A program made the position numbers and the translations under genes. This document shows, piece after piece, positions 25,565 through 35,560 of a DNA stretch of 64,000 nt. The notes under the pieces were generated by a model. The model searched no databases. It saw only the letters and a program-made list of their open reading frames with translations, and had not been told where the DNA came from. Origin of the DNA: an uncultured Chloroflexia bacterium (GTDB lineage Bacteria > Chloroflexota > UBA6077 > JACCZL01); assembly GCA_963765765.1 (NCBI GenBank), contig CAVXYC010000015.1:352001-416000 (forward strand). The letters are read 5' to 3'. Each line of letters starts with the position of its first letter. Position 1 is the first letter of the stretch.

Positions 25565-26993
25565 TCAACTGTCGGACGCCGGTGGTGATTTTCCGGATGG
25601 AGCCCGACCACGGTGAGGAGGTTGTCCTTCGCGAATAGGACGGGCTGTCGACGGTGCGGACCCCGAAGGCGGGCGCCCGCCGGAAGGTGGCTGGCCAAGT
25701 TGACCCTGAGTTGATTGTTTGACCGCGTTTTCCATCCCCTCGGCCACTCGCTGCTGAAGTTGCTCCGTCTCCTCTTTCAGACGCTCACGGAAAGCCTCGA
25801 CAGCCTGGGTCATCTGGTCCCGCAGCTCGTCCTCCCCTTTCTCGGTCACTTTTCCCTTGGTGGAATCGCCGACATCCGACTGAACGGCCCCCCGCGCAGC
25901 TTGGACGGTCTCCTTGGCCTTGTGCTGCAGCTCCTTAGGTGCAGCGGCCGTGATAGTCCCGAGACCATCTTTGAGCGTCGAGCCGAGCCGGTACTGAAGG
26001 CCGCGGAGGATCACTCTAAGCACGAGCTGAAGGACCTGCTCCAGGTGGCCTAGCAGCATATCCAGAAGCTGCTTAAGCAAGGCACCCAGGCCTTCTTGAC
26101 CCTCCCGCAACATGGTGCGGAAGTCCCGCTCGATTAACGCGTGGATCGCCCGCTCTCCGTGTGCTTGCAGCTCGGTCCGTACCTGGCCTTCGAAAACAGC
26201 ATCGAGTGTCTCGCGTACCAGAGTCTCAAGCGTCTGCTCCACATCCGGGCGCAAGTCCTTCCGTGCATCGTCATCTGGGATGAAGTTCAGGCTGATCTGG
26301 AGCAGCGATTGAACTCCCTGCTGCAGCTCCCGCTCCAGGGTAGTGCGCGTGGAATCCGAGAATATCAGGTCGAGACCAACATCGAGTCGCGACCGTAGCC
26401 AGTGCTCGGCCTGTTGCTCTAAGATTTCAGGAGCAGCCTTGCGCAGCATCTCGGGAGCCGCTTTAAGCAACGCCCCGGAAATGGCCGGCAGGAGCTTCTG
26501 GAATCCTGACTGACCTTCCGTATCGCCCTGCTGCGCCGATTCCGTTGGCTCCTTCCGCTCCGCTCGCTGAGCCGACGCCGGTGGCTCTTTCTGCTCCGGC
26601 TGCTCCCTACGCTCCGCTCGCTGAGCCGACGCCGGTGGCTCTTTTCTGCTCCGGCTGCTCCCTACGCTCCGCTCGCTGAGCCGGCTCCGATGGCTTCCTC
26701 CGTACCTCTTGCTGTCCGTTCCGTTGGCCAGACTCAGAGGCCGGTGCAGCTTGCTGGCGCGAGCCCTGGTTGGGAGGTGGCGCCGGCTGGCGCGGGCCCT
26801 CGTCGGGGTGGAGCGCCTGTTGCATCTGCTCCCGAACGGCCTGTGCCATCTGTTGTTGGAACTCTGCCAGGACGGGCTGGAGTGCCTCCTGAACGTGCTG
26901 CTGGAGCGCTGGACCTAACTCTCGGCTAACCCCCGCTCGGGCGCCTGCGTCGCTCCGTCCCGCCGGCGCCGACCGCTCGTCCTCGTCAGTCAC
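25565..26993 (-). CDS. Large alpha-helical protein (about 475 aa) with the shared LQxQ..A.QP motif; one extra T in a homopolymer at 26642-26645 splits it
   Basis: Two 54-bp repeat copies differ by TTT vs TTTT; the downstream frame is open from 26644 to 25565; span is 3n+1. Confidence 0.8.
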
Positions 26994-27113
26994 TTGATCC
27001 TCCTTGCCACGGCCGTGCTCGGCTCACCCTGCTCTCGCTTTACCATAGTAGTCCTAAGTAGTCCTAGTACGTTCAGAATGCGGCGCTTTCCTTGTAGGGT
27101 GACCCGGTAGACG

Positions 27114-27144
27114 AATAGCCGGCCATATCCAGGAGCCGGCTATT
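27114..27144. terminator. Hairpin downstream of the 28082 gene
   Basis: AATAGCCGGC...GCCGGCTATT 10-bp stem. Confidence 0.45.
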
Positions 27145-27350
27145 TCGCACAGTGTCTCCCGCAACGATCAGTGGCTTCTCGAGCAGTCGCCCGAAGGATT
27201 CGCTGCGGCCCACCCTTGCTCAACCGATGGAACGCCGTACGGCGTTCCATCGGTTGAGTCAGCTATTCACGAGGCTTTCCCATTTTCACGTGCAAGCCTC
27301 GTGGTGGCCTGCTCGTGCCGTAAGGAAGACGCGGGCGACCTAGCCCGGGC

Positions 27351-28082
27351 TTATGACGTCGCGCCCTGTGTCACGCGGCTCGCCATAGATCCGACCGCCC
27401 CTCCCAGGGCTCCGGCCCCGCGACCTACCAGCCCGGCCGGTATCTTGAGGCCCTGCCACAATGCAACGACGATCAGCCGTAGTAATGACACAACAGTCTG
27501 GAGCAATCCGCGCACGGTCAGCAGCAGCTCGCGCAGCGTATTGACCAAGCGCTGGACCGTCTCCTTCAAGGCAGCAACAATCATTTTGACCGCTTGCTGT
27601 AGCGGTGACTGATCCTCCCCATCGTCCTGGACGGCCGGCCCTGAAAGCAAGCTAGACACCATCCCCGCAGCTTTGCCAAGCGGGGACTTGGATTTTTCCT
27701 GCTCCTCTCCATCCTCCGAGCCCGACTCAGATCCCGACTCGGACTCGCCGCCCTGGCGAGTCTGGTCCAGCGTTTGCTCGACCTGCTGCTGGACCTGCTG
27801 ACGGATGGGGTCCAGCGCCTGATCGACCTGCTGTTCCACCTCTTGGCGCGTGAGCTGAAGTGCCTCCTCCATCTGCTCTCGGACGGCTTGCGCTATCTGC
27901 TGCTGGAGGTCACCAAGAACCGGCTGGACGGCCTGCGCAATCTGTTCCTGCAATGCCTGACCCAGCGGCTGACCTCCGTCCGCGAATTCCCGGTCACGGC
28001 CGTCCTGCGGTGCTTGAGTATCCTCGGCCTGCGGTTCTCGCTCCTGCGTCTGCTGTCCCGATTGCGCTCGCTCGGTGGCCAT
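27351..28082 (-). CDS. Gln-rich amphipathic helical protein with the shared motif and a hydrophobic C-terminal helix
   Basis: LQEQIAQAVQPVLGDLQQQIAQAVREQMEEAL...ALDPIRQQVQQQVEQ; GGAGG RBS. Confidence 0.8.
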   Translation of the reverse strand: MATERAQSGQQTQEREPQAEDTQAPQDGRDREFADGGQPLGQALQEQIAQAVQPVLGDLQQQIAQAVREQMEEALQLTRQEVEQQVDQALDPIRQQVQQQVEQTLDQTRQGGESESGSESGSEDGEEQEKSKSPLGKAAGMVSSLLSGPAVQDDGEDQSPLQQAVKMIVAALKETVQRLVNTLRELLLTVRGLLQTVVSLLRLIVVALWQGLKIPAGLVGRGAGALGGAVGSMASRVTQGATS

Positions 28083-28250
28083 TACGCCTCCCTTTCATTC
28101 TCTACAATTTGCTTCGATACGATTTGAATCTTCAAGCTTAAATCATTGATGGGCTCAGTCACCACAAGTCTACCCCCACCCGGGTGCCCATATTACCTCG
28201 CTGGGCGATAGCTTGGGGTAGCTGTGACGGGCTCGACGGCCCGTAGTAGC

Positions 28251-28265
28251 GCAGTTAATGTGCCG
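28251..28265 (-). promoter_or_regulatory. sigma54-type -24/-12 motif
   Basis: CGGCAC-ATTAA-CTGC, about 170 nt upstream of ATG 28082. Confidence 0.5.
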
Positions 28266-28316
28266 GCCGTATTTAACGGATTCCACACGGGAGCGTAGTA
28301 CCGGCCACGTCCCGTC

Positions 28317-28847
28317 TCAGGATCTGGGAGCCCGGCGTGAAGAGCTCCGCCTTCGTGGGCTCGTCCGTGGCTCAGCCGGTGGCTCCTGGTCTGTCTCCGT
28401 AGTTGGCTCCTGAGCTGTCGCTGTAGGTGGCTCCTGGGCTGCCTCGGTAGCTGCTGGCACTTGGGCGGCTTCGGTAGGTGGCGCTTGGCCGGCCTCAGCG
28501 GTCCGGTCAGCCAATCGAGCCTCTAGACGATCGAGGCGCTGTTGGAGGCGGTCTCTGTCTTCTTCCAGCGCTCTGGCGCGTGACGAGAGGGCGGGGTCGG
28601 ACTGCCACCAGTTGATCCCGATCTCTTGGGCCTTGTCGACGGACGCAATCAGCAGGCGTATCCGCAGAGTTAAGACCTCCACCGTGCCCAGCGAGAGCGT
28701 GATATCCCCCGCGATAACGATTCCCTTGTCGAGCACCCGCTCGAGCAGGTCGGCCAAATTGGCGGGCTGAGTGGCACCGACAGGCTGCCGGCTGGACATG
28801 CTGCTGGTTGGCCTTCCAGCCATGGATCGATTGGAGCCTTCAGTCAT
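28317..28847 (-). CDS. gvpJ: Gas vesicle protein GvpJ with a Pro/Thr/Glu-rich tail
   Basis: LADLLERVLDKGIVIAGDI...LLIASVDKAQEIGINWWQSDP. Confidence 0.88.
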   Translation of the reverse strand: MTEGSNRSMAGRPTSSMSSRQPVGATQPANLADLLERVLDKGIVIAGDITLSLGTVEVLTLRIRLLIASVDKAQEIGINWWQSDPALSSRARALEEDRDRLQQRLDRLEARLADRTAEAGQAPPTEAAQVPAATEAAQEPPTATAQEPTTETDQEPPAEPRTSPRRRSSSRRAPRS

Positions 28848-29050
28848 ACTTCTCCTCCGGCGCCCTCGGCTCTGGCCGGCCGTACGCCAGTCGAACGTTG
28901 CTACAGTTGGCGAGGAGTCCCACGCGAGGCGTGGGACTCCAGTGCGAGCTGGGATCGATGCAGCCGTGTTGGGGCCTGGGAGACTCGGTCACCGGCGCCG
29001 TCACGGCCCTTTTTGCAATCGCATAGTCGCCCTTAGCACATTGTGAGCCG

Positions 29051-29516
29051 TTATTCCGTTAGCAGATCGCGGAGCGGCCCGAGGTTTAGATTCAGATCCT
29101 CGTTCTCCAGGCCAAAGCTCGCCTTTAACTCAGTCATCTTCTGCTCGAGCTTCAGGAACGTTTCGCCCATTCGCTCAATCTCATCATCGCTCAGGGATCC
29201 CGCGTCAATCCGGTGCATGGCTTGCTTTTCCAGCAACTGGCGGACGACATCGATGAGGGCCAGTACCAGCTTGGCAAGGCCCTGCTCCACGCTCTCCTCG
29301 TCGGCGTTGATCCGCTCCGGAAAGAGGGGATCCGGTGCCTGTTCGGCGGTTTCCACCCGCCAATGGCTCGTCGAGTGATGATTCAGCTCGCGAGCGGCTG
29401 CTGACCTGCGCGAATTCTTGAGCGAAATCGCGCAGGTCAGCCAGGTCGCCACTCAGCCGCTGTTCGAGCTCGATTGACCTATCTTCGTCCACCTTGCCTC
29501 GCATTTCGCTGCCCAT
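29051..29516 (-). CDS. gvpK: Gas vesicle protein GvpK (1-nt frameshift near 29390)
   Basis: RINADEESVEQGLAKLVLALIDVVRQLLEKQAMHRIDAGSLSDDEIERMG...LNLNLGPL. Confidence 0.9.
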
Positions 29517-29522
29517 GCACGG

Positions 29523-30485
29523 TCACAGAAGCTGTTCTAGCCGGTTGAGAATATTCAGGGCGCTGTGGAATCTCCCCTCACGCTCGAGGTCATCGGCCAG
29601 CTCCAGAAGCTCTTCCGCCGCGGCATTCGCGGCACCCCCACCGGGGTAGCGGATCAGCACCTGCGTGTAGGCATGAATTGCCTGGTATGTGCTTCCCGCC
29701 TCGTGCCACCTTCTGGCTAGGCGCAGCAGCCCGACGCGCGCCGCGGACCTCCCGTCGAATACCCACGGCTGTGCTCCTCGCTCGGCCGGACGACGGTCAA
29801 TTTGAGTGCTGCGCTGTAGCCGACGCCCCCCAGTAGTAGCCAGTTGGCGCCGTTCGCCGCCATCGGTTCTTTGTTCCCGTTGGGCCGGCCTCTCGACTCC
29901 ACGATCTTGTTGGGCTGCCCTCTCGCCATCACGTTCTTGTGGGGCTGGCCTCTCGCGATCACGCACTTGTTGGGCCGGCCTCTCGTCATCATCTTCTTGT
30001 GGGGATGGCCTGTCTGTATCACGCTGCGCGGGGGGCGAGTCTGCTTGCCGCCCGGCCTGCTGAGACCTCGGGCGCGCCGACTGCTGCTCATCCGACTGCT
30101 GCTCATCCGACTGCTGCTCATCCGACTGCCGCTCATCCACCTGCTGCTCCTCCGATCGGTTCGGTCCGGACGAACGTTGTGCGTCGCCCTCGGGCTGGCG
30201 AGCTAACTGGGACACTTGGCTGCTATGCTCCTGCACGGTCTGCTCCACCTGCTGACGGAACTCCTCCATGGCAGGCTCAAGGGCTTGCGCGATCTGTTCC
30301 TGGAGCAGCCGACCGAAGTCCTGGAGACCATCCGATGATTCGGCCTCGCTCTCAGAGCGCTCACGCTGCTCCGCGTTGTTGCTCGTCGATGCCGCCTCCT
30401 CAGCCTCGGGCTCATCTCGCTCGCGCTGATCCTGCTCCGCTTCGTTGTCCTCGCGTCGCCCTCTCTGGGGTGGTCTCGTAGCCAT
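29523..30485 (-). CDS. gvp-operon protein: shared helical motif, Q/R/D-rich repeats and a C-terminal TPR-like pair
   Basis: DFGRLLQEQIAQALEPAMEEFRQQV; SDEQQ x3; LLRLARRW...AIHAYTQVLIRYP...; its ATG abuts the upstream gvpL stop. Confidence 0.75.
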   Translation of the reverse strand: MATRPPQRGRREDNEAEQDQRERDEPEAEEAASTSNNAEQRERSESEAESSDGLQDFGRLLQEQIAQALEPAMEEFRQQVEQTVQEHSSQVSQLARQPEGDAQRSSGPNRSEEQQVDERQSDEQQSDEQQSDEQQSARPRSQQAGRQADSPPAQRDTDRPSPQEDDDERPAQQVRDRERPAPQERDGERAAQQDRGVERPAQREQRTDGGERRQLATTGGRRLQRSTQIDRRPAERGAQPWVFDGRSAARVGLLRLARRWHEAGSTYQAIHAYTQVLIRYPGGGAANAAAEELLELADDLEREGRFHSALNILNRLEQLL

Positions 30486-31352
30486 TTACATACCTCTTTG
30501 GAGATGATTCTTATCGGCGTGGTCGATTGGTTGGTCTTCGGCTGCGCGGCTGCCTCCTCGTGGCGACGAGCTGGGGGTTCGGGCCACAGCGACCGGCCCC
30601 CCTTGTCCGTCCGTTCGCTGCTCGCCTATTCGCGTGGGAGTAACAAAGCTATAGGGAGGCCAGGGGCCGCTCAAGAGGAACCGAAGCTCCGGATGTACCC
30701 GCCTCGTCTGGTCGAAGGTTTCCCGGAACCCTCGCACCTGTGACGGATCCAGAAGATAGGCCGCCCGTGCGGCCATACGTGGGGTCGGTAGGATGGTCCA
30801 GCGACGGTCAAGTGTCTCAGGGCTGAGCGCTTCGTCAAGGTTGCGCGCGAGCTCCTTGGCCTTGCTCCGGATAGCCGCCTCGCTGTGCCGTCTGCGCACC
30901 CGGGCCTGCAAGTAGCGTGCCCCGGGCCCTTGCGGATCGATTGGCTCGGAGTCGCGCGGACCTTCTTGCACCGGTTCTTCCTGAACGAGAGGTGGTTCCC
31001 AGAGTACGGTCAGACCCATCTCCACCTTATCGCCCAGCCGTGCCAGGTCGGCAGTCAAAATGGATTGGCGCTCTACCAGTGCCGCGGTGACGGCATCGGC
31101 ATTGGCCAGGACTGTCCCAAAGCGCACCGGGAGCGCGGCGCCCGCCTGACATACGGCTTCGACCACCGTCTCGTGCTGGAGCACGTGCTCCGCTGACGGC
31201 TCGACGAAGTCCATCCCATCGAGCGCGCTTGTGACGGCCGCAAGATCACCACACGGTATCTTGAAGAGCCGCGCTCCCCCATGCCCAACGAGGTCCGCTG
31301 GGATACATGTCTCCCGCGCAACGATTGCGTAGACGTAGCAGCCGCTAGCCAT
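30486..31352 (-). CDS. gvpL: GvpL/GvpF family gas vesicle protein
   Basis: YVYAI, HETVVE, ALPVRFG, GARYL, LSGPWPPYSF. Confidence 0.9.
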   Translation of the reverse strand: MASGCYVYAIVARETCIPADLVGHGGARLFKIPCGDLAAVTSALDGMDFVEPSAEHVLQHETVVEAVCQAGAALPVRFGTVLANADAVTAALVERQSILTADLARLGDKVEMGLTVLWEPPLVQEEPVQEGPRDSEPIDPQGPGARYLQARVRRRHSEAAIRSKAKELARNLDEALSPETLDRRWTILPTPRMAARAAYLLDPSQVRGFRETFDQTRRVHPELRFLLSGPWPPYSFVTPTRIGEQRTDGQGGPVAVARTPSSSPRGGSRAAEDQPIDHADKNHLQRGM

Positions 31353-31355
31353 CGA

Positions 31356-31565
31356 TCATTCCAGGCTCTCGCCCATCAAACTGCCGGCTCGCATCTCCTC
31401 TGCGCGTTCGATCGAGGAGAGCATAATTCGCAGTCCGAGATAGATCAGGTCGACGTTTGCCACGGAGATGGTGATGTCCCCCGCGAGTATGACCCCGTGA
31501 CCGACGACACGATCCAGGAGCTCTACGAGCGTCACTTCTCTCGCTTCAGCCTCGGTAGTGCTCAT
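31356..31565 (-). CDS. gvpS: Small GvpA/J-family protein (GvpS/GvpM-like)
   Basis: TLVELLDRVVGHGVILAGDITISVANVDLIYLGLRIMLSS. Confidence 0.8.
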   Translation of the reverse strand: MSTTEAEAREVTLVELLDRVVGHGVILAGDITISVANVDLIYLGLRIMLSSIERAEEMRAGSLMGESLE

Positions 31566-32473
31566 CCCGATCCCTCACCCGCCAGCACGGCGAAGCTGTA
31601 CGGCGGCCAGGGCCCGCTGTAGGCGCAACGGAATCCTTCCTGGCACTCGTTCCAGGTCCGAATTTCCTCAAGAAACGTCTCTTGACCCTCGCGGTGCACG
31701 AGAAAGGCTGCTCGCAGAATTTCGACTTCGCCGGAGGCACCGGGGGCCACGCGCGCAACGGAGCTTCGTTCTTCCCCCACCGCCCAACGACCAAGCTCCT
31801 CGTACAGCGCCTCGGCCGCATCGCTCGTTGCTTGCCGAGTCGCCTTGTCGAGCTCATCGGTGAGCTTTCGGCGGAGAAAGAAGGCTCGACCTGGCGGAGC
31901 GGTACTGGCCTCTTGCTGCAGCCGTTGCACGCTCGGGTGCTCAGCCTCGAGATACTTCTCAACGGCCCGGCGATCGGCGTAGAGATGGACTGCCCATTCA
32001 TCACATTGATCTACACGCGCGAGCTGGGCAGTCAGCGTATCATGCGCCTGTTCCAGAGCCGCGGTTACATCTTCGGCGCTCTGGTACACGCAACCGAACT
32101 TAGATGGCAGAATCGCGTGCGCCTCGTGGATGGAAGCGATTACTTCGTTGTGGCTGCGCACCATTGCTTCGAGCCATGCAGGATCGCGAAGTCGGGCCTC
32201 GAAGGGCTCGGGGGCAAAGTCGGCCAGGTCTACTCGCCTCACGATAGCCGCGAGGTCACCACATCTCAGGATCTGTACCGACTCGTCATCGTCGATTGCA
32301 TACCCGGACTCAACAGCTTCGCGTTTAGTGCTGCTGCCGAGAAGCTCCCGCGCTTCACCCTGATCAATCGGACGAACAATTCCGTAGAGGTACCAACCCG
32401 AATCAGCGTCGACCAACTCTGAACGATTCTCAGCTCCAGGTTGGGTGGAAGCGACAGTACGAGAATCTGTCAC
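31562..32473 (-). CDS. gvpL: GvpL/GvpF family gas vesicle protein
   Basis: WYLYGI, DPAWLE...HNEV, ILPSKFG, PPGRAFF, SGPWPPYSF. Confidence 0.9.
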   Translation of the reverse strand: MTDSRTVASTQPGAENRSELVDADSGWYLYGIVRPIDQGEARELLGSSTKREAVESGYAIDDDESVQILRCGDLAAIVRRVDLADFAPEPFEARLRDPAWLEAMVRSHNEVIASIHEAHAILPSKFGCVYQSAEDVTAALEQAHDTLTAQLARVDQCDEWAVHLYADRRAVEKYLEAEHPSVQRLQQEASTAPPGRAFFLRRKLTDELDKATRQATSDAAEALYEELGRWAVGEERSSVARVAPGASGEVEILRAAFLVHREGQETFLEEIRTWNECQEGFRCAYSGPWPPYSFAVLAGEGSG

Positions 32474-32768
32474 CGTTGCTCACTATCCTCATACGGATCA
32501 TCCTGCTCGGAATCCTCTGTTGTCTCGGCTTCTCCGCTGGCGCGGATCGCATCCAACTGGTCCAGAATCTCCGTCTCCTGAGCAAGATAGTCCTCGTCAG
32601 AGATCTCCCCCATGTCGTGTCGCAGACTGAGGTTCACGAGCTGGGCCTGTAGGCGGCTCTCGTCCATCATGTAGGCATCCGCCTCTGCCTGGATCTGCTC
32701 GAGAATGAATTGGATGCCTCGGGCCGGGCCGTGATCGGAAGTAGAAGCAAGCCGGAAATCAGACCCAT
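32470..32768 (-). CDS. gvpG: Gas vesicle protein GvpG (one C missing near 32725)
   Basis: Restored frame MGLISGLLLLPITAPARGIQFILEQIQAEA...GEISDEDYLAQETEILDQL. Confidence 0.88.
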
Positions 32769-32772
32769 AGAA

Positions 32773-33555
32773 TTAATCTTCCCAGGTCACGCTGAGATTC
32801 ACGAAGTTGTACGGAGGGAGTGGACCCACGTACCGGAAGATGAGCCGATCGGCCTGGCCTTCGTTGAGAGCTTGAACTGCAGAGTCGAAGGCCGGAACCC
32901 GGTCTTTCTCCACCAGGAACGCCGCGTTCAGGATCATGGTCTCAGTGAGAATGCTGTTGAGTTGCGCCTCGACTGCCAACGGTTCGAGCGAGCTCAGCAT
33001 CCATTCGCTTTCCTGTTCTCGCTTGCGATTGAGCGCGGCCTCGGTGAGCTGGCCTAGCTGGATTCGATCGTATGTCCTCGCGTCGGGAGGAAGGGGGGCC
33101 AGTCTGTCGCGCAGCGCGCGGATATCGGCGTTTTCTTGAACGATCTCGGCGAAGACCTGCTCCCGATTCCAGAAGACCTTGAGACCCAGTTCGACGCAGC
33201 CACGGATACGCTCGAAGGAACTGTGGAGCTCGTCGAGCTCACGTTTCAGGAGCTTTTCTTGGACCTCGTCATCACTACTGGCCAGCGTTCCAAATGAAAC
33301 CGGGAGCACATCTGATCGAGTCATCGCTTCTTCGATCACCCGCTGGTGTGCCGCGAGGTTCTCCCGGCTGATTCGCGGCCGAAGCTCCCTCGAATCGCTC
33401 ACGATGGCTGCTAAGTCCTCATACTGTACGACCCGCAAAGCACTCTCTTGGCTACCGGCGTTTAGTGACGCAAGCATGTCGCTATCCGCGAGTGACTCGG
33501 CGTATCCCACGCAGTAGACATATGTGCTTGTGTTTCGCGACGGTTTTGGATTCAT
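32773..33555 (-). CDS. gvpF: Gas vesicle protein GvpF
   Basis: YVYCV, AHQRVIEE, VLPVSFG, VELGLKVFW, MILNAAFLV, YVGPLPPYNFV; directly upstream of gvpG. Confidence 0.9.
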   Translation of the reverse strand: MNPKPSRNTSTYVYCVGYAESLADSDMLASLNAGSQESALRVVQYEDLAAIVSDSRELRPRISRENLAAHQRVIEEAMTRSDVLPVSFGTLASSDDEVQEKLLKRELDELHSSFERIRGCVELGLKVFWNREQVFAEIVQENADIRALRDRLAPLPPDARTYDRIQLGQLTEAALNRKREQESEWMLSSLEPLAVEAQLNSILTETMILNAAFLVEKDRVPAFDSAVQALNEGQADRLIFRYVGPLPPYNFVNLSVTWED

Positions 33556-33957
33556 TGAAGCCTCCGTCCGTCGGCGACCTTGCGGACTCATCGAGCTGAA
33601 CTCCAACGGCTATATTGGCACTCTCCACCCGGCGCTTGCGCGCCGATTGCGACAGTTCCCCAGTCCGGATCTCGCTGACTAGGATAGTGGCCAGCATGTC
33701 TCATGGTGCGCTGTCAGCACATGAACGCCGATAGTAGCCGTCTTTCCGGTAAGAGCCAGCAGTGCACCAATCACGTGGACACGCCGGCCGCCAGCCTCGG
33801 CTGTGCCGCTGGAGTGCAGACGCGAAAGGTCGAAGTCCAGCGACGGTACGCACGTCAGCTTCTGGCCAGAGCGCGGCCTCCTTGCCGGCTCTGACCAGAA
33901 GCTGACGTGCAGCGCTATGGGAACGCTCTTCTCGGTTCGCGATTTGGCTGCGTTCGC

Positions 33958-34452
33958 TCACTCGCCATCCTCGGCGGGGTAGTAAAGCTGATGTTCCTCA
34001 TCCAGTCGGATGCTGTCATCCTCAGTGAGCTGATTGACGACCTCGCTCAACTCCCGACGCGGGACGTCGAAATATGCTTCCATTTCTCCGAGCCGAAGCC
34101 CTTCAGGGTGATCGGACACAAAGCCAAGAACATCATCTCCGGACGGCAGCTCTCGACGAGATTCTTGGTCGTCCCCACGGCCGCCTCCGCCCTGTCCCCG
34201 GCCGGGAGGAGGAGCGGCCAATGCAGTCAGTCCAATGGCCTCGGCATATCGCAGATACGTGTCAACTGAGGCGACAACAATTCGAGCTTCGATCGTCAGG
34301 AGCTCAATCCCGACTGCGGATATACGCACCCAGGCATCGATCACGATGCCCTTATCAAGAATGACGTCCAATACGTCTGCCAGGCTCGAGGAGCTTGGCC
34401 CTCGCTGCACTTGTCCTCGCTGCGCCGAGCCTCTGCTGTAGTCTAGTGCCAT
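33958..34452 (-). CDS. gvpA: Major gas vesicle shell protein GvpA with a C-terminal winged-helix-like extension
   Basis: [55 protein letters not shown], then a G/R linker and [52 protein letters not shown]. Confidence 0.93.
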   Translation of the reverse strand: MALDYSRGSAQRGQVQRGPSSSSLADVLDVILDKGIVIDAWVRISAVGIELLTIEARIVVASVDTYLRYAEAIGLTALAAPPPGRGQGGGGRGDDQESRRELPSGDDVLGFVSDHPEGLRLGEMEAYFDVPRRELSEVVNQLTEDDSIRLDEEHQLYYPAEDGE

Positions 34453-34804
34453 GTTTCGTCCCTTCTTTAGGTGGGGGTGCCCGCAACTGCACGATGCCGA
34501 CCAAGCTTCGTCGATCGGTATCGCCGAGACGGCTCAGGGTGCGACACCACGGTCCGATCTTGACGGATCGCAAACACAGGTGAGTCACTCATGGTCTTGT
34601 CGCGCTCCCCAGGGAATGCTGTGTCCCTTCTGGCGAGCACGTCATTCAAGCTCTTGGTAACCCCTCCAAACTTGCATAGATCACGGTACTTAGACAGATC
34701 GCGGTGACTCTACTACTAATTCTTTGATTATCTCATTGTGTTCGTAGATGGTTTTCCGTTCTGCCCCAATTGCCCTACCAAACCTCCGCCAAGGCTTGTA
34801 CAGC

Positions 34805-34819
34805 GCAAGTGATGTGCCG
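34805..34819 (-). promoter_or_regulatory. sigma54-type promoter for the gvp operon
   Basis: CGGCAC-ATCAC-TTGC, near the TGGCAC-N5-TTGC consensus, about 350 nt upstream of gvpA. Confidence 0.6.
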
Positions 34820-35019
34820 CGTGGACGCATTCTCGTCTCGGCTGATAAGACTCGCCGGACACCGATCCACCGGCGGTGAGCAGGATGTGCGAGTAGAGTC
34901 GCTGGGCCTCGAGAACAGACCGCCGATGGGACGATTTGGGAACGCGCCGTGCATCTCTGCGTCCCCCAGCGGCCCGCTGGGGGGGCGCAGACGGATTAGG
35001 AAACGGAGGCTGCGATTAT

Positions 35020-35175
35020 ATGTCCGGGGAGTTGCTAATCCGGTTCGTGGTTGGCGGGTTGGTGGTCTCCGCCTTCGCAGTAGTCGGCGACACGCTGAAG
35101 CCAAAGACCTTCGCCGGCCTCGTTGGCGGCGCCCCATCGGTCGCCCTCGCCACGCGCAGGTCATCAGTCAGATAG
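35020..35175 (+). pseudogene. Truncated small membrane protein (DUF3147-like N-terminus)
   Basis: GGAGG RBS; ELLIRFVVGGLVVSAFAVVGDTLKPKTFAGL.GGAPSVALAT, then an early stop. Confidence 0.5.
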
Positions 35176-35560
35176 ACGCAACGCCTTCTTCATGCATCGA
35201 CCGTCGCACGATCCGGGCAAACGCGGCACCATCAAGAGAAATTTCTGGGCCTGCACATTCATAGAGGTAGCCGTGAGCCGTGAGAACGAGATGGCGACCA
35301 AGCGTGACCCGGCTGTAGCGGTCTCCGGCTCTTAACTCTTCCTTGGGGACGCTACACTGCCAGCATGAGGCGCCTCCGGGCCGCCAACAGGGCCCAGACG
35401 TGCACTGAGCGGAGAGCGGTGTGGTGCGGTGGGCGGGTTGCTCGGGCACCTTTATAGGGAGACATTGCACTGATGCGTTGCGCTCGTGCACTTATAGCCA
35501 ACAATTCCCACGCCAGCGACCATTGGGTTGTCACGACGTAGGCCTACCAGGAGTCTTACG

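Noticed and set aside
24687-25638. Long plus-strand ORFs and the alternative minus frame across the repeat array
   Set aside because: Stop-free frames are expected from repeating a short unit. The minus frame starting MATTKKK has an RBS-like context and matches the composition and direction of the neighbouring genes.
33560-33961. Possible gvpO or gvpC between gvpA and gvpF
   Set aside because: The frames I translated show no recognisable Gvp motif; left unassigned.
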